Positions 24,848 through 35,530 are shown, counted from the stretch's first letter. The stretch is DNA of 64,000 nt from an uncultured Gemmatimonadales bacterium (GCA_963850905.1 CAWKMU010000003.1:2560001-2624000); one strand, 5' to 3'. Numbers and translations are program-made. Notes: generated from the sequence alone by a model not told the origin.

Positions 24848-27388
24848 TTATTGGGCGCTCGTCCCCTTGGTCAGGAGCGCCTGGTAGCGCGGATCGTCGC
24901 GCAACGCTCGGAATCGCCAGCTGTTGTCGTCCGCCATTCCGTTGCCCTGGGCCGGGTTGGCGGTCACGTAGATCTTGAGTTCCCGCAGCGCCGCGTCCTT
25001 GTTGCCCGCGAGCAGCCAGGCGAAAGCCTTGTCCATGCTGATGTCTCTCGTCGGGTCGGCCGCCGCGGGAACGTCGGCTCGTGCCAGCACGTGTCCGACG
25101 CTGTCCGGCAGCTTCGCCTTGGCCACGACTGCCGCGGCCAGGGCCTGCCCCTGCCCACGCCGGAACGCGGTGTCGCCGCCGGCCGCGCGTGCGACGAGGT
25201 TGTCGGCCAGCCGCCACGCACGCGGGACATCCGCGCTCTCCGCCGGTGTAGCCAGGAGACGCAGCGCACACTCCGCGAACCGCGGTTCCTGCGGGAACCG
25301 ATGGGCTCCTACGTCGCACCAGTGCTTCGCTTCAGGGAACTGCTCGAGATCAAACGACGTACTGAACAGCCGCCACAGTACGAGATCGGCGTTGCTCAGA
25401 TAGGCGTCCTCCTCGTAGGCTCGGCGGGCAGCGATCTTGGAGTCTGTCATGTCGAGCTTCACCGCGTACAGGTGACTCAGTGCCGCCCACGCACCGGCCT
25501 GGGATGGATTGAGGGTCGTGGCTTCCTCCAAGTCCTTCTGCGCGGCTTGGAGTGAATCGTCCGCCTTCTTCTCGTCCGGCTCGATGTTCAGGAGGTAGCG
25601 CCAATATCGCAGCGTCCCGCGCAACTCGAACGCCGTCGGATTCTTCGGCGAAAGCGCGAGCGCTTCTGCGGTGCGTGCGACCCCGCTGTCGATCCACGGG
25701 GCAGCGCGCAGCGGATTGTCGCCAAAGAACCGCGAGGCGCGGTAATCGATCAGCGCACGTTTGACCTGGGGCTCGGCCCACTGCCCATCGAGCGCGTGCG
25801 CCTGGATCAACAGGCTGTCGGCCGCGCGGAATGCGGCGAGCACGCCGGCGGTATCGTTGGCCGCCATGCGCTGCTCGCCGTCGTCTCGCCGCTGCTCGGC
25901 GCGCTGCACCAGCGCCCACGCGTCGGCATTCTGCGTCGCCCCCCGCTGCGCTCGCAGCTCGATCTCCTCCCCCAAACGACTCCGGACCATCCGGGCGACC
26001 TGGGCGACGAGCGTGTCCTTGAGGGCCAGCACCTGGGCGGCTGGCTGGTCGAAGCTGGCCCGCTCGAAGTCGGCGCCGCTCGCTGCATCGACGAGCCGCA
26101 CGTTGACGTGGAGTCGGCCGCCCTCCTGATCGATGTCACCGCGCACCAAGGTGCCGACCCCCAGTGCGCGCCCGATGCTGTCGGGTCGGACGGTGGTGCC
26201 TTGGAATGGCTGCACCCCGCCACGAGAGATGATCGAGAGGTTGCGGACGTCGGAGAGCTGATCGATCAGGCCATTGGTGAGGCCGTTGGCAACGTAGCCG
26301 AGAGTGTGCTGCGGGGACAGGTCGTCGAAATACAGGACCGCGATCTTGCGGGCGTCCGCCGCGGTCGACGACCCGGACGAGCCATGGTGCAAGAATCGCC
26401 AGCCCGCGAAGGACGCAACTGCGATCAGTGGAATGGCAATGAGCGCCGCGATCGCCGGCCACCGTCGTGCAGGCGGCGGCGGTGCCTCCAACGCACGAGT
26501 GCCGCCAGCCCGTGCACGTGTCGTCGCCGTATAGCGCGAGATCTGAGCCTGTTCGGGATGCCGAAGGGCCTCGCTGAATTCGTGAGCTGTCTGGAAACGA
26601 TCGGCCGGTACCTTCTCGAGGCCCCGGAGAACGACGGCTTCCAGCTCCGGGGACACGGTTGGCCGAACGATGGTCAGAGCGGGCACTTGATCCAGCGCAT
26701 GCCGAGCGATGAGTGCTTGCGCCGAGGTGCCGGCGAAGGGAGGTTGCCCGGCCAGCATCTCGTACACCACACACGCCAGACTGTAGATGTCCGTCCGCCC
26801 GTCGATGTTGCGCTCGGCCGATCCCTGTTCGGGGCTCATATACTGCGGCGTGCCAAGCGTCAGCCCCGTCTGGGTGAGCTTTTCCTCACCTGCGGCGACC
26901 GCGGCTCGCGCGATGCCGAAGTCGACGACCATCGCGTGCCCGTCTTCCAGCAGGATGTTCTCAGGCTTTATGTCACGGTGCACGACCCCCTGAGCGTGCG
27001 CGTAATCGAGGGCGTCCGCTACCTCAGCTCCGATTAGCGCCGCCTCGTCGATTCCCAATGGGCCGGCGCTGTCCAATCGCGCGCGCAGCGACTCGCCGGC
27101 GACGAAGGGCATGACATAGTACAGCTGTCCTTCCCATTCGCCTGAATCGTACAGCGGCAAGATCCGCGGGTGACTGAAGCGCGTCGCCACGGTGATCTCT
27201 CGGCGGAATCGATCGGCACCAACGGCCAGGCCGATCTCGGGGAGCAGCACCTTGACGGCCACGTCGCGGTCATCGCGGATGTCATGGGCGAGATAGACCG
27301 TGGCCATTCCACCCCGTCCAATCTCTCGCAGGACGCGGTAGCGTTCATTCAACAGAACATTGGTCCACTGCGCGACAGCCTGTGCCAC
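24848..27388 (-). CDS. Ser/Thr protein kinase with TM, TolB_N-like and TPR regions
   Basis: IGRGGMATVY, VAVK, HRDIKPEN, DFG, GTPQYMSPEQ; TM segment; IAVLYF; helical repeats. Confidence 0.93.
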   Translation of the reverse strand: MAQAVAQWTNVLLNERYRVLREIGRGGMATVYLAHDIRDDRDVAVKVLLPEIGLAVGADRFRREITVATRFSHPRILPLYDSGEWEGQLYYVMPFVAGESLRARLDSAGPLGIDEAALIGAEVADALDYAHAQGVVHRDIKPENILLEDGHAMVVDFGIARAAVAAGEEKLTQTGLTLGTPQYMSPEQGSAERNIDGRTDIYSLACVVYEMLAGQPPFAGTSAQALIARHALDQVPALTIVRPTVSPELEAVVLRGLEKVPADRFQTAHEFSEALRHPEQAQISRYTATTRARAGGTRALEAPPPPARRWPAIAALIAIPLIAVASFAGWRFLHHGSSGSSTAADARKIAVLYFDDLSPQHTLGYVANGLTNGLIDQLSDVRNLSIISRGGVQPFQGTTVRPDSIGRALGVGTLVRGDIDQEGGRLHVNVRLVDAASGADFERASFDQPAAQVLALKDTLVAQVARMVRSRLGEEIELRAQRGATQNADAWALVQRAEQRRDDGEQRMAANDTAGVLAAFRAADSLLIQAHALDGQWAEPQVKRALIDYRASRFFGDNPLRAAPWIDSGVARTAEALALSPKNPTAFELRGTLRYWRYLLNIEPDEKKADDSLQAAQKDLEEATTLNPSQAGAWAALSHLYAVKLDMTDSKIAARRAYEEDAYLSNADLVLWRLFSTSFDLEQFPEAKHWCDVGAHRFPQEPRFAECALRLLATPAESADVPRAWRLADNLVARAAGGDTAFRRGQGQALAAAVVAKAKLPDSVGHVLARADVPAAADPTRDISMDKAFAWLLAGNKDAALRELKIYVTANPAQGNGMADDNSWRFRALRDDPRYQALLTKGTSAQ

Positions 27389-27673
27389 CCGTGCCTCGCC
27401 GGATTCTCGCTCGCATAAGCTATGGGTACGGCGTGCGACAGGCCACGCTGACGTTGGGACGACAGGAGTTTATTCCGACGCCGGGTGCGCCCTTCGCAAA
27501 GGGGTTCGACAAGTCTCGACGTCCCTGAAACGCTGCCGCTCGTACCCGGGGCTGGTGACGCGACGCATCACGTGTGGCGCGTCTGCCGCAGGGCAGGGTC
27601 GTTCTGCCACGTCAATGGTGAAGCGCCCCGTGCGTCTGCTCACTCAGCCGCCAGCGGGGCGCTCGTCGCTCAG

Positions 27674-28177
27674 CTAACTCGTCGTCGTTGGCGCGTCGAG
27701 CGCCGCTTTCCAGCTGCCATCCGCCTGCCTCGACCACACGACGACGTACTTCCAGTTGCTCGTGTGCGGTTTGCCAGCCTTGTCGGTGGTCGTGAGGGCG
27801 TAGGAGCCGATCTCGTAGGCGACATCGCCAGAGATCACGATCTTGTCGGGCGCGAAGGTCAGCGCGAATCCTGGGAGGGCCATCACCGCGGCCCAACCCT
27901 TCTGGACCGCGTCCCGCCCGGTCGCCATGGGGTCGCCTGGCGGCATGAGCACGCCGTCCTCCGTGTAGTAGGACGCGGCCTGCTGTGCATTCTTACTTGC
28001 GATGGCCTTGGCCCACGCCGAGTCGATGGCGCGGATCGCGGCTTCATCCGCGGCCCGGTGGTCGGCTTGCGGAGGCGCCTGGGCGGTTTGGGTCTGCTGA
28101 TCCGCCCTCGTGCAGACGGTACCGGCGAGGGCGATGCCAACGAGCGAGAGCGCGACGGCCACTGGGCGGGACGGCAT
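27674..28177 (-). CDS. DUF4440/SnoaL-like (NTF2-fold) secreted protein
   Basis: GAGGTG RBS; ADEAAIR, YTEDGVLMPPG, GDVAYEIG, KYVVVWSRQADGSWK. Confidence 0.85.
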   Translation of the reverse strand: MPSRPVAVALSLVGIALAGTVCTRADQQTQTAQAPPQADHRAADEAAIRAIDSAWAKAIASKNAQQAASYYTEDGVLMPPGDPMATGRDAVQKGWAAVMALPGFALTFAPDKIVISGDVAYEIGSYALTTTDKAGKPHTSNWKYVVVWSRQADGSWKAALDAPTTTS

Positions 28178-28521
28178 GTGACACCTCATGCGTGCGAGGA
28201 AGAGTCACCGGGCAGAACTCGGGGGGCGAAGATTACGACGCCCGGCGCGTGGTGTCCAGCGAGAGCGGCTGCGTTGCGCACACCGAGAGCGGGGCGACGC
28301 CGTGGGGTCCCGACGGAACAGCGTCAGGTGGCGAGCCCCGCTCTACCATACAAGCACAACCGGTCCCTCGAATATATGGGTGCCAAAACATCCGCGCAAG
28401 TCGGCGGCCAACGTCGGCGCACGCCAATGCGGCCGCCGCTAGGAGATTGAGGATCGGCGGCTACGGGCGACGCACGCGTCGCCCTGCGGCGATGCCCATG
28501 AGTTGTGAGGGTCGGACGGAT

Positions 28522-28722
28522 TCACCCGAACGTATGCGTATGCGCGGACGCCCGGGTCGAGGAACTCGATCGTGATCGTCCGATTGGCGATCGTACCGTG
28601 CTGGCGGACGAGCTAATAGAGCCGCTGTTCGGTGACTGTTCCGCTCCCATCGTGCCGCGTGTCCGACCCATGGTCGCCCATGGGCTCCTGACCATCGATC
28701 CGCACACGGAACCGATTCGGAG
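28522..28722 (-). pseudogene. DipZ C-terminal domain fragment
   Basis: RFRVRIDGQEP.GDHG.D...DGSGTVTEQRLY*LVRQ...TIEFLDPGVRAYA|TFG*; in-frame TAG at 28615-28613 and terminal frameshift. Confidence 0.75.
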
Positions 28723-28723
28723 G

Positions 28724-28969
28724 TTAGTGGAGAAGCTTCGCCTTCTTCGCCGCGAACTCCTTCTGAGTCAGTACGCCGGCGTCGCGCAGCTCGGCGAGCT
28801 TCTTGAGCTGATCCACTGCCTCGTCGGTAATCTTCCCCGGCTTGGCGCTGGCCCGGTGCGTGGCAGCCTGTTGGCGCGCCACACGCCCCGATACCGATTG
28901 GGCGGTCCCCGCTATCACGGCCGTCCGTCCCACGGTCCGCACTAGTCCGCGCGGTCTCCCTCTTCGCAT
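28724..28969 (-). CDS. SHOCT domain protein
   Basis: GGAGG RBS; RTAVIAGTA..VSGRV; QLKKLAELRDAGVLTQKEFAAKKAKLL. Confidence 0.85.
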   Translation of the reverse strand: MRRGRPRGLVRTVGRTAVIAGTAQSVSGRVARQQAATHRASAKPGKITDEAVDQLKKLAELRDAGVLTQKEFAAKKAKLLH

Positions 28970-29630
28970 CTGACCTCCTTCCTAACGTTGGCTGTGCGTG
29001 GACTAACTCGCTGCGACCGGAAGGTGGGCGGGCCGGCCGAGCCGAAACTCACGCACGGACTCGCTCGGAACTGAGACGTGCCGTCCCTCGGCAGCTGCGG
29101 GCGCGGCTGTGCCTGCGCCAGCACCCGCAGCAACTGCAGCTTCTGTACCTTCACCAGCATGCCACTGCGGAAGCGAGCGAATGTACAGCCGCTGATGCCG
29201 GCGACGACGGAGCTCGAGAACGCACTGGCCGCGACGGACGCCAGCATTGAAGGAGCCGGGCACGTAAGTCGTGAGGAGGGGGCGAGCATTTCGACGCGGT
29301 GGGCCGGCCCGTGATGAGCCCGATTGAACGATGTCTGCGGTGTGTTCGGTCCGACGAATCCCATGTGATCACACCTCGACCGCGCGCATCGATGACGCGG
29401 GACCCCGACCCACCCACGGCGACTACCGGACGAGCTTCGCAAAACGCGTGATCCAGTCGCTGCCACGCTTCAGATTCGACGCTGCGCATATCGCGGGATG
29501 CGTCGTGCCGCAGTTCGTGCGACAGCGGTTTGGCTACCGCATCTCGAACGAAGGGCAATGACTCGAGTCATCGTTGATTGAGCGTCTGAGAGCGCGGTAG
29601 ACTGTCCTCAGTGACACGGGAGGCGACGTC

Positions 29631-30909
29631 ATGAAGTCAATGATGGGAGTCGTTCCGGTGGCCGCGCTGTGCGCGTGGGGTCTTTGCGTGCAGATGCAAC
29701 CAGCCACGCAAGTTCTTCCTGCGGAGGCCTCGAGACGCGGACCCTCGTCTCGTATTGCGCCAGCGCCCACGGAGCCCGTACTGACCTACACGCCTGGCTC
29801 GACCATCAAGCTCGAACAGCTGATTGGTGACGAGGACAAGCAATTGCGTCAACCGACGTTGAGCCAAACCGTCACACGATACGGGATCGTGGGGACTGAC
29901 CTAGGCAATTCCTTTGAGCATGGGGGCCGAGTCTATTTCCTCTTCGGCGACACCATGGGGCGTTTGGACCGCGCCCTGGATGTGATCGGGACGACGGATG
30001 CGACGGATCCTGAGAGCGGCGTTCGTTTGGATTTCCTCACGTCCGGCAGCGACTATTTGACGATTCAGCCACCGGGTGTCAGCATGGGACCGTTCGAGGT
30101 GCCCGTGGCAGGTATCAGCCTGGCCGATCAGGCGTACGTCGCTGTCTCGACGAACCATTCGGAAGATCGGGCGACGGATCGGTCCGTGCTGACGAAATTC
30201 ACGCCGCCCGCAGCTTTCCAACCGTTGCGGACGATCTCGCAGCTCCCCGAGGGGCATTTCGTCAAGATGTCGTTGCACACGCAGCCCGGGCCGATCGCCG
30301 GGCTCCCTCCCGGCGGGCCGTTCGTGCTGGTGTGGGGCACAGGCGAGTACCGCAAGAGCGACGCGTACTTGTCTGTCGTGCCAGTGGCTCAGTTCGAAAC
30401 TGGCAACGGGACGCGGTACTTCGCTGGCTTGGATGGGAGCGGTGCTCCGACCTGGAGCGAGAAGGAAACCGACGCGCGGCCGACCGTCCAAAACGGCACC
30501 ATGGGCGATCTATCCGTGACGTGGTGCAACGAGCTCGGTGCATGGCTGATGACGTACGACAGTCGAGATCCGGCGCCGCGTGGCATCTCTGTTTTCATAC
30601 TCCCGCACGCCGTGGGGACCTTGGAGCGAGCCGCAGATCATTTTCAATGCGGTGCGGGATGGTGCCATCGGGAAATTCATCCACAACCCCCAGGCCAATC
30701 CGGACGATGGGCTTGCAGGACCCGCAATCGGAAAAGGTCAGGCGAATCCCCAGGCCGTTCGTGGTGGCGCCTACGCGCCGTACGTCATCGAGCGGTGGAC
30801 CAAGGTGCAGGGCTCCGAGCTGCGCCTCTACTACGTGCTGTCGACGTGGAACCCCTACACCGTCGTCCTGATGAAATCACGACTGCGTGTCGAGAATGAC
30901 AGTACGTAG
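29631..30909 (+). CDS. Secreted DUF4185-like beta-propeller glycosidase (+1 frameshift at ~30588)
   Basis: GGAGG RBS; GTDLG, LFGDT; PWGPWSEP, AYAPY and STWNPY in the 30580 frame. Confidence 0.7.
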
Positions 30910-31240
30910 GCTCGGGTGCTGCGCGCCGATCGTGCCGGTTGCAGGCGCGCCGCGTGATCGATGCGGGTTCATTCTCCTGGCGGCGGTGCTCAGCACGGAC
31001 GCGGCTGTCCGAAGACGTGGATCTCGCGGATGTCGGTTCAGGCCTGGCAGAGCTCCTGCGACGCTGCGTCCCCGGGATACCAAAGTCCACTGGCTGATCG
31101 GTCTTTGTCGGCGCAACGATTTCATCGTGTCCCGACGTCGTGCGCGCCGAGCATCCACCAGGATGCCGACGCCGTGCCTCACTGGTGCCGACGGACGGCT
31201 CTACTGCGTGTCTCTCGAGACCTGACCGAGGTGAGCAGCG

Positions 31241-32509
31241 ATGCAGAACAACCTCAACGCGACCATCGATGCCGATGCTGAACGACTGGTCCGCATCTTC
31301 AAGGACATACACCAGAACCCAGAGCTCGGCTTCACCGAGACTCGCACAGCGGGCATCGTCGCGAAGGAGCTGACCGCGCTCGGGTATGAGGTCAAGACCG
31401 GCATCGCCAAAACTGGCGTCGTGGGCATCTTGCGAAACGGCGACGGGCCGGTGGTGATGTATCGAGCCGACATGGATTGCAACGCCGTCAAGGAAACTAC
31501 GGGACTGCCATACGCCAGCACCAAGACGGCCGTACGCAAAGACTCGGACGGCGAGGACGAGGAGGTGCCGCTGATGCACGCGTGTGGGCACGACGCGCAC
31601 ACGACGTGGCTGCTGGGGTTGGCGAAGGCGATGGCTGCGGCCAAGTCCGAGTGGAAGGGCACGTTGGTGGTGGCTGGTCAACCGGCCGAGGAATTGGCCG
31701 CGGGCGCGAAGGCAATGGTGCGAGACGGGATGTACAACAAGGGCGTCCCGAAGCCGGATTATCTCGTCGGCTTGCACACCGCTCCTTTGCCGACAGGTAC
31801 GGTTGTATGCAAACCGGGCGACATGTTCGCGGGTTCGGATGTGCTCGACGTCACGTTTCACGGCATTGGCGGGCACGGCTCGTCGCCCCATCTCACCAAG
31901 GACCCAGTGCTGATGGCATGCGCAGCCGTGGTCCAGTACCAGTTCGTCGTCAGCCGCGCGATCGATCCACTCCGCGCGGCCGTGATCACGGTGGGCGCGA
32001 TTCAGGCCGGGACTGACAACAATGTGATTCCGGCGAGCGCGCTCCTGAAACTCAACTTGCGCTGGTATGACGAAACGGACCGGGACATCCTGCTCGCCGG
32101 CATCGAGCGTATCAACCAGTCCATTGCCTCGGCCTACAACCTCCCAGACCACCTCCGACCGACAACGGTGATGAAGGGCGGCGTCAAAGTGTTGGCGAAC
32201 GACGCCGAGATGGCGCGCGCCGTCGAGCCGGTGCTGCAATCATTGCTTGGCACTCGGGCGGTGTTGACTGACATGCCAAAGGTGATGGGCTCAGAGGATT
32301 TTCATCACCTGGTTCTCGACAACGACAAACACCGCTATCTGTTTCTCTTGGTTGGCACCGCAAAGCCGGAACACGTCAAGAGGGCGCAGGCCGAAGGGCT
32401 GCAGTTTCCCTACACCAACCACAGCCCCGATTATCAGGTAGATCTCGACGCGATTGCGCTGGGCGCCAAGATCGGGGTGGCATCGGTTGCGGCGCTGTTT
32501 GCGGCCTGA
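31241..32509 (+). CDS. M20 family amidohydrolase
   Basis: HQNPELGFTE, RADMD, MHACGHD.H, QPAEE, GGHGS.PH, MGSEDF, NHSP. Confidence 0.92.
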   Translation: MQNNLNATIDADAERLVRIFKDIHQNPELGFTETRTAGIVAKELTALGYEVKTGIAKTGVVGILRNGDGPVVMYRADMDCNAVKETTGLPYASTKTAVRKDSDGEDEEVPLMHACGHDAHTTWLLGLAKAMAAAKSEWKGTLVVAGQPAEELAAGAKAMVRDGMYNKGVPKPDYLVGLHTAPLPTGTVVCKPGDMFAGSDVLDVTFHGIGGHGSSPHLTKDPVLMACAAVVQYQFVVSRAIDPLRAAVITVGAIQAGTDNNVIPASALLKLNLRWYDETDRDILLAGIERINQSIASAYNLPDHLRPTTVMKGGVKVLANDAEMARAVEPVLQSLLGTRAVLTDMPKVMGSEDFHHLVLDNDKHRYLFLLVGTAKPEHVKRAQAEGLQFPYTNHSPDYQVDLDAIALGAKIGVASVAALFAA

Positions 32510-32580
32510 ATGCCGACGACTTTGACGCTCATGCAGGTGGCCGTCGCGGGCGATGACAGCGGCCGGGAGGTCATGTGCAT

Positions 32581-33030
32581 TCATTGCCCAATGAGTACCG
32601 TCGGCGAGCCGGTCGTAACCACTCCGTTGCCGACTTTGTCATTGAGGCGTGCCGCGGGCATCCCGCCCCCGTTGATCATCACCATCGCGCCCTTGAGGCC
32701 GAGGGTAGCGCCGCCGTTCAGCGTTCCGCCCGCGACGGCGGTCACCATGAACTGCTGGTTGGTTTTGATCGTGACGTTACCAGGCGCTGTGATGGTGAAG
32801 TTCGTGGCGTCGCCGTTGACGAGCTGCAACTTGGTCTGCAACGCGGCGACCTGCTGCTGGAGGGTCGCGACCGCCTGTTGAAGCGCGGCGATCTGCTGTG
32901 CCGGGGTTGCGACGGTCGTCGGATACGCGCGCATGATCGTCGGGTTCTGCACGGTCGGCGTCTGCGCCGAAAGCGCGGTGCCCAACGTGACGCTGAGTAC
33001 TGCTGTGCAGCCGATGATCACATAACGCAT
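32581..33030 (-). CDS. Secreted protein: signal peptide, coiled coil, Gp5/VgrG-tail-like strands, PAAR-like end
   Basis: AAGGAG RBS; signal ending LSA-Q; IAALQQAVATLQQQVAALQ; LGLKGAMVMIN; MPAARLND...GVVTTGSPTVLIG. Confidence 0.7.
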   Translation of the reverse strand: MRYVIIGCTAVLSVTLGTALSAQTPTVQNPTIMRAYPTTVATPAQQIAALQQAVATLQQQVAALQTKLQLVNGDATNFTITAPGNVTIKTNQQFMVTAVAGGTLNGGATLGLKGAMVMINGGGMPAARLNDKVGNGVVTTGSPTVLIGQ

Positions 33031-33273
33031 CGCTTCTCCTTCGAGAGAGGGGACGGCCGACTCGCCGCATTACCTCGTTTTACGGTCCCAACGAGCGGAA
33101 CGTCTCACGGACAGCGAGGCTCCGTTCGCCGGCGCCAACCCTCGCCCTCGATATGGGGGCCTGGCCGATCCCGGGATACTGCGTCTCGAGCGGCGCAAAC
33201 CGGACGGCGGCGTCAAAGGGCGCTCGCCGCTAATTTGCGATGACGCCGTCGGTCGTAACATGTTGCTGCCTGC

Positions 33274-33357
33274 GCCGGGGTGGCGAAATCGGTAGACGCA
33301 AGGGACTTAAAATCCCTTGGGGGAAACCCCGTGCGGGTTCGAGTCCCGCCCCCGGCA
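33274..33357 (+). tRNA. tRNA-Leu(TAA)
   Basis: GCCGGGG/CCCCGGC acceptor, AGGGA-CTTAAAA-TCCCT anticodon arm, long variable arm GGGG-AAA-CCCC, GGTTCGAGTCC T arm, discriminator A. Confidence 0.96.
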
Positions 33358-33487
33358 TCGCCATGTCACACAGCGCGTTAGGCGTTTCAGTCTGATCGTC
33401 CATTTCTGGCACTGATGCGGTGGCCGTGACCACAGGTGTGACCACGCACCGTGTTCGGTCCTTCGGCCGGCGCCTCATCGAGCGACC

Positions 33488-33874
33488 TTGAGCGCACGCC
33501 GGCGCAGCTACCGCGTGCACGATGCCATTTTCGTCGTGCCGCCCGCCAAGGCGTTCAAGAATGTCCGCGTGCTACTGGGCGATGGTCGGGCGACGGTCCG
33601 GTATTTCAAGCCGGAGCACGGACCGATGTGTGTCTACCAGTTCGAGAAGGGAGAGAGCAGAGAAGTGACCGAGGGCGCGCTTCTCAAGCAGCTCGGAACG
33701 GCCGGCATTGCGGGCACGCCCAACCTATCGTTCAACCCGCAGGCCAACGCTCCCCGCAAAGTAGTTATCCGATCATCTGGAAATGGCTCGGTCATCTTCC
33801 CGGGCAACTCTACCGCAACGGAAACCACTGCATGTGACGCCGGACGCGGAACACCCGAGCGGGAGCGCCACTAA
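33488..33874 (+). CDS. Hypothetical protein
   Basis: Protein-like composition in the N-terminal ~90 aa; 3' end overlaps the convergent gene. Confidence 0.35.
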   Translation: MSARRRSYRVHDAIFVVPPAKAFKNVRVLLGDGRATVRYFKPEHGPMCVYQFEKGESREVTEGALLKQLGTAGIAGTPNLSFNPQANAPRKVVIRSSGNGSVIFPGNSTATETTACDAGRGTPERERH

Positions 33875-35132
33875 ACGTCGTCGGGATCGGAGCAAACGAA
33901 CAGGGACATCCCTTTACCACTTGATAGTCGGTCCCATCGGCATTGATGAACCCATGGTCAACCGCGATGATGGTTCCGTCTGGCGAGTAGGACAACTTAT
34001 TCTCCCATCCGGTCGCGCTGGTCAGTTGGGTGACGTTGGTCCCATCGGTGTTCATCGTGTAGAGATAGGTTACCGCATCACCACTACAACACGCCGGCCC
34101 CTGATTCGAGCCCACAAGGGCAATGTGCTGCCCATCTGGTGATGCCGTGACGGCGACGACGGACCAGTTGACCAGCAATGCCTGACCACCTGGGGGCGGA
34201 AGAGTGAGCCACAAATCGGCCGTCCCAAAACAGCCTTGGTCGCACCAATACGTGATGCCTTGGCCATTCGCCGTCCACGCCGCCGGACCAGCCTCGTCTT
34301 CCTCAAAGTACTCGGACGAGAAGATTGTGCCGAGCGTGTCGATGACAATGACGCCTGGGCTACAACAATCGGCGGGGGTGCCTGGGCCAATATCAGGTGC
34401 ACCAGTGGGTTGACCGACATACATAATGAGAGAGTCGTTCGGTGACCACCGGGGACTGAAAGGTGGATACTGAGTGTACAGTGCCGGACCAACCTTGTGG
34501 ACGTTGGTGCCGTTGGCATCCATGAGAAACACGCCCACACTGTCAGGAACGCGCGAAGGAGAAAGGAACACAATTTTGCTATGGTCAGGTGACAGGTCAG
34601 GCAGCGTGTCGTTCTCGCCTGAGGTCAGTTGTCGAAATCCGGAGCCGTTGGCGTTCATAATGAAAACGCCAGTGCTGTTGTTTCCCACCACCAGCGCGTT
34701 GGGTGGGAGTCCGGTGGCCGCGAAGGTGCCGTAGGTCTCGGCAACGCCAGTACTACTGACACTGCGCGCGGCGAGTGTCTGTGGACCTAAGCGCGGTCCG
34801 AGCGTCCACAGTTCATCGGCGTAGCCGGACGCGTCGGTCATCACCGCGGGAGCGAACACCGAGCCCCCGCCCGAGGTCACGACGAAGCTGATCGTGAAGT
34901 TAGGAACCGCCGCTCCAGCAGCGTTGAGTACCCTTACCCGTATGGGATTGGGCAACTGCGCATCCGCCGGACCGTTCTGCGCATTCCCTGATACGACGCT
35001 CAGGGTGATGTCAGTGGCGGTCGCGGTAGGCGCAGATGGTGCTACAGGCAATGGCGAACTGCATCCAGCGAGAGCCCCGACAAGCGCGAGCAGACCTCCA
35101 GTCAGGCTGGGTCGAACAAATGCAATGCTCAT
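33810..35132 (-). CDS. Lipoprotein with Ig-like domain and TolB/PD40 beta-propeller
   Basis: Lipobox LAGC; VSGNAQ.G, TDASG.A..WTLG; repeats SPD..KIVF, MNANG, WSP, YSPDG. Confidence 0.8.
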   Translation of the reverse strand: MSIAFVRPSLTGGLLALVGALAGCSSPLPVAPSAPTATATDITLSVVSGNAQNGPADAQLPNPIRVRVLNAAGAAVPNFTISFVVTSGGGSVFAPAVMTDASGYADELWTLGPRLGPQTLAARSVSSTGVAETYGTFAATGLPPNALVVGNNSTGVFIMNANGSGFRQLTSGENDTLPDLSPDHSKIVFLSPSRVPDSVGVFLMDANGTNVHKVGPALYTQYPPFSPRWSPNDSLIMYVGQPTGAPDIGPGTPADCCSPGVIVIDTLGTIFSSEYFEEDEAGPAAWTANGQGITYWCDQGCFGTADLWLTLPPPGGQALLVNWSVVAVTASPDGQHIALVGSNQGPACCSGDAVTYLYTMNTDGTNVTQLTSATGWENKLSYSPDGTIIAVDHGFINADGTDYQVVKGCPCSFAPIPTTFSGAPARVFRVRRHMQWFPLR

Positions 35133-35305
35133 TTTGCACCGATCGCCGTCGGAGTTGCCCGAGCTACTGGTGTCGGGCGCACGGTCAAAGACTGACCACA
35201 CCACTCTTGGCGTCGCGTCGAACGGGAGCGCATGCGTGTTCGATTGGCAGCGCACCTTCAATCAACGGGCCCCTGGCCCGATTAGCTAGCTTGTGGTCGA
35301 GCCCG

Positions 35306-35530
35306 TCACCTGAGCGTCGTCATCGGTCGCGTGATCCGCTGGTGGATCGAGCGCACAGGCGTCGGCGTAAGCATCGATCCCCGGAGGGACGAGTAAGAAA
35401 GCCCGGACAATGAGTCGGTGTCAGACCTCGAGCCCGGTCGCCCGCTGCCGTACCGCCTCGCCGCATCGTGGAATAACCAGCGATGCCGGTCGTCGAGCCA
35501 GATCGGAGTGCGGACGCGTCCACATTGCAA
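35306..35530 (-). other. Small ORF or gene relic, paralog 1
   Basis: IWLDDRHRWLF...RGSMLTPTPVRSI, homologous to 36487-36729. Confidence 0.45.

Noticed and set aside
28613..28615. Pyrrolysine or stop readthrough at TAG in the dipZ fragment
   Set aside because: The fragment also lacks its N-terminus and has a frameshift; ordinary CAG>TAG decay is simpler
29003..29560. Genes in the SHOCT-DUF4185 gap
   Set aside because: Only a short AGAGAGTAA...VPSESV.EFRL relic-like stretch; no coherent ORF I can support
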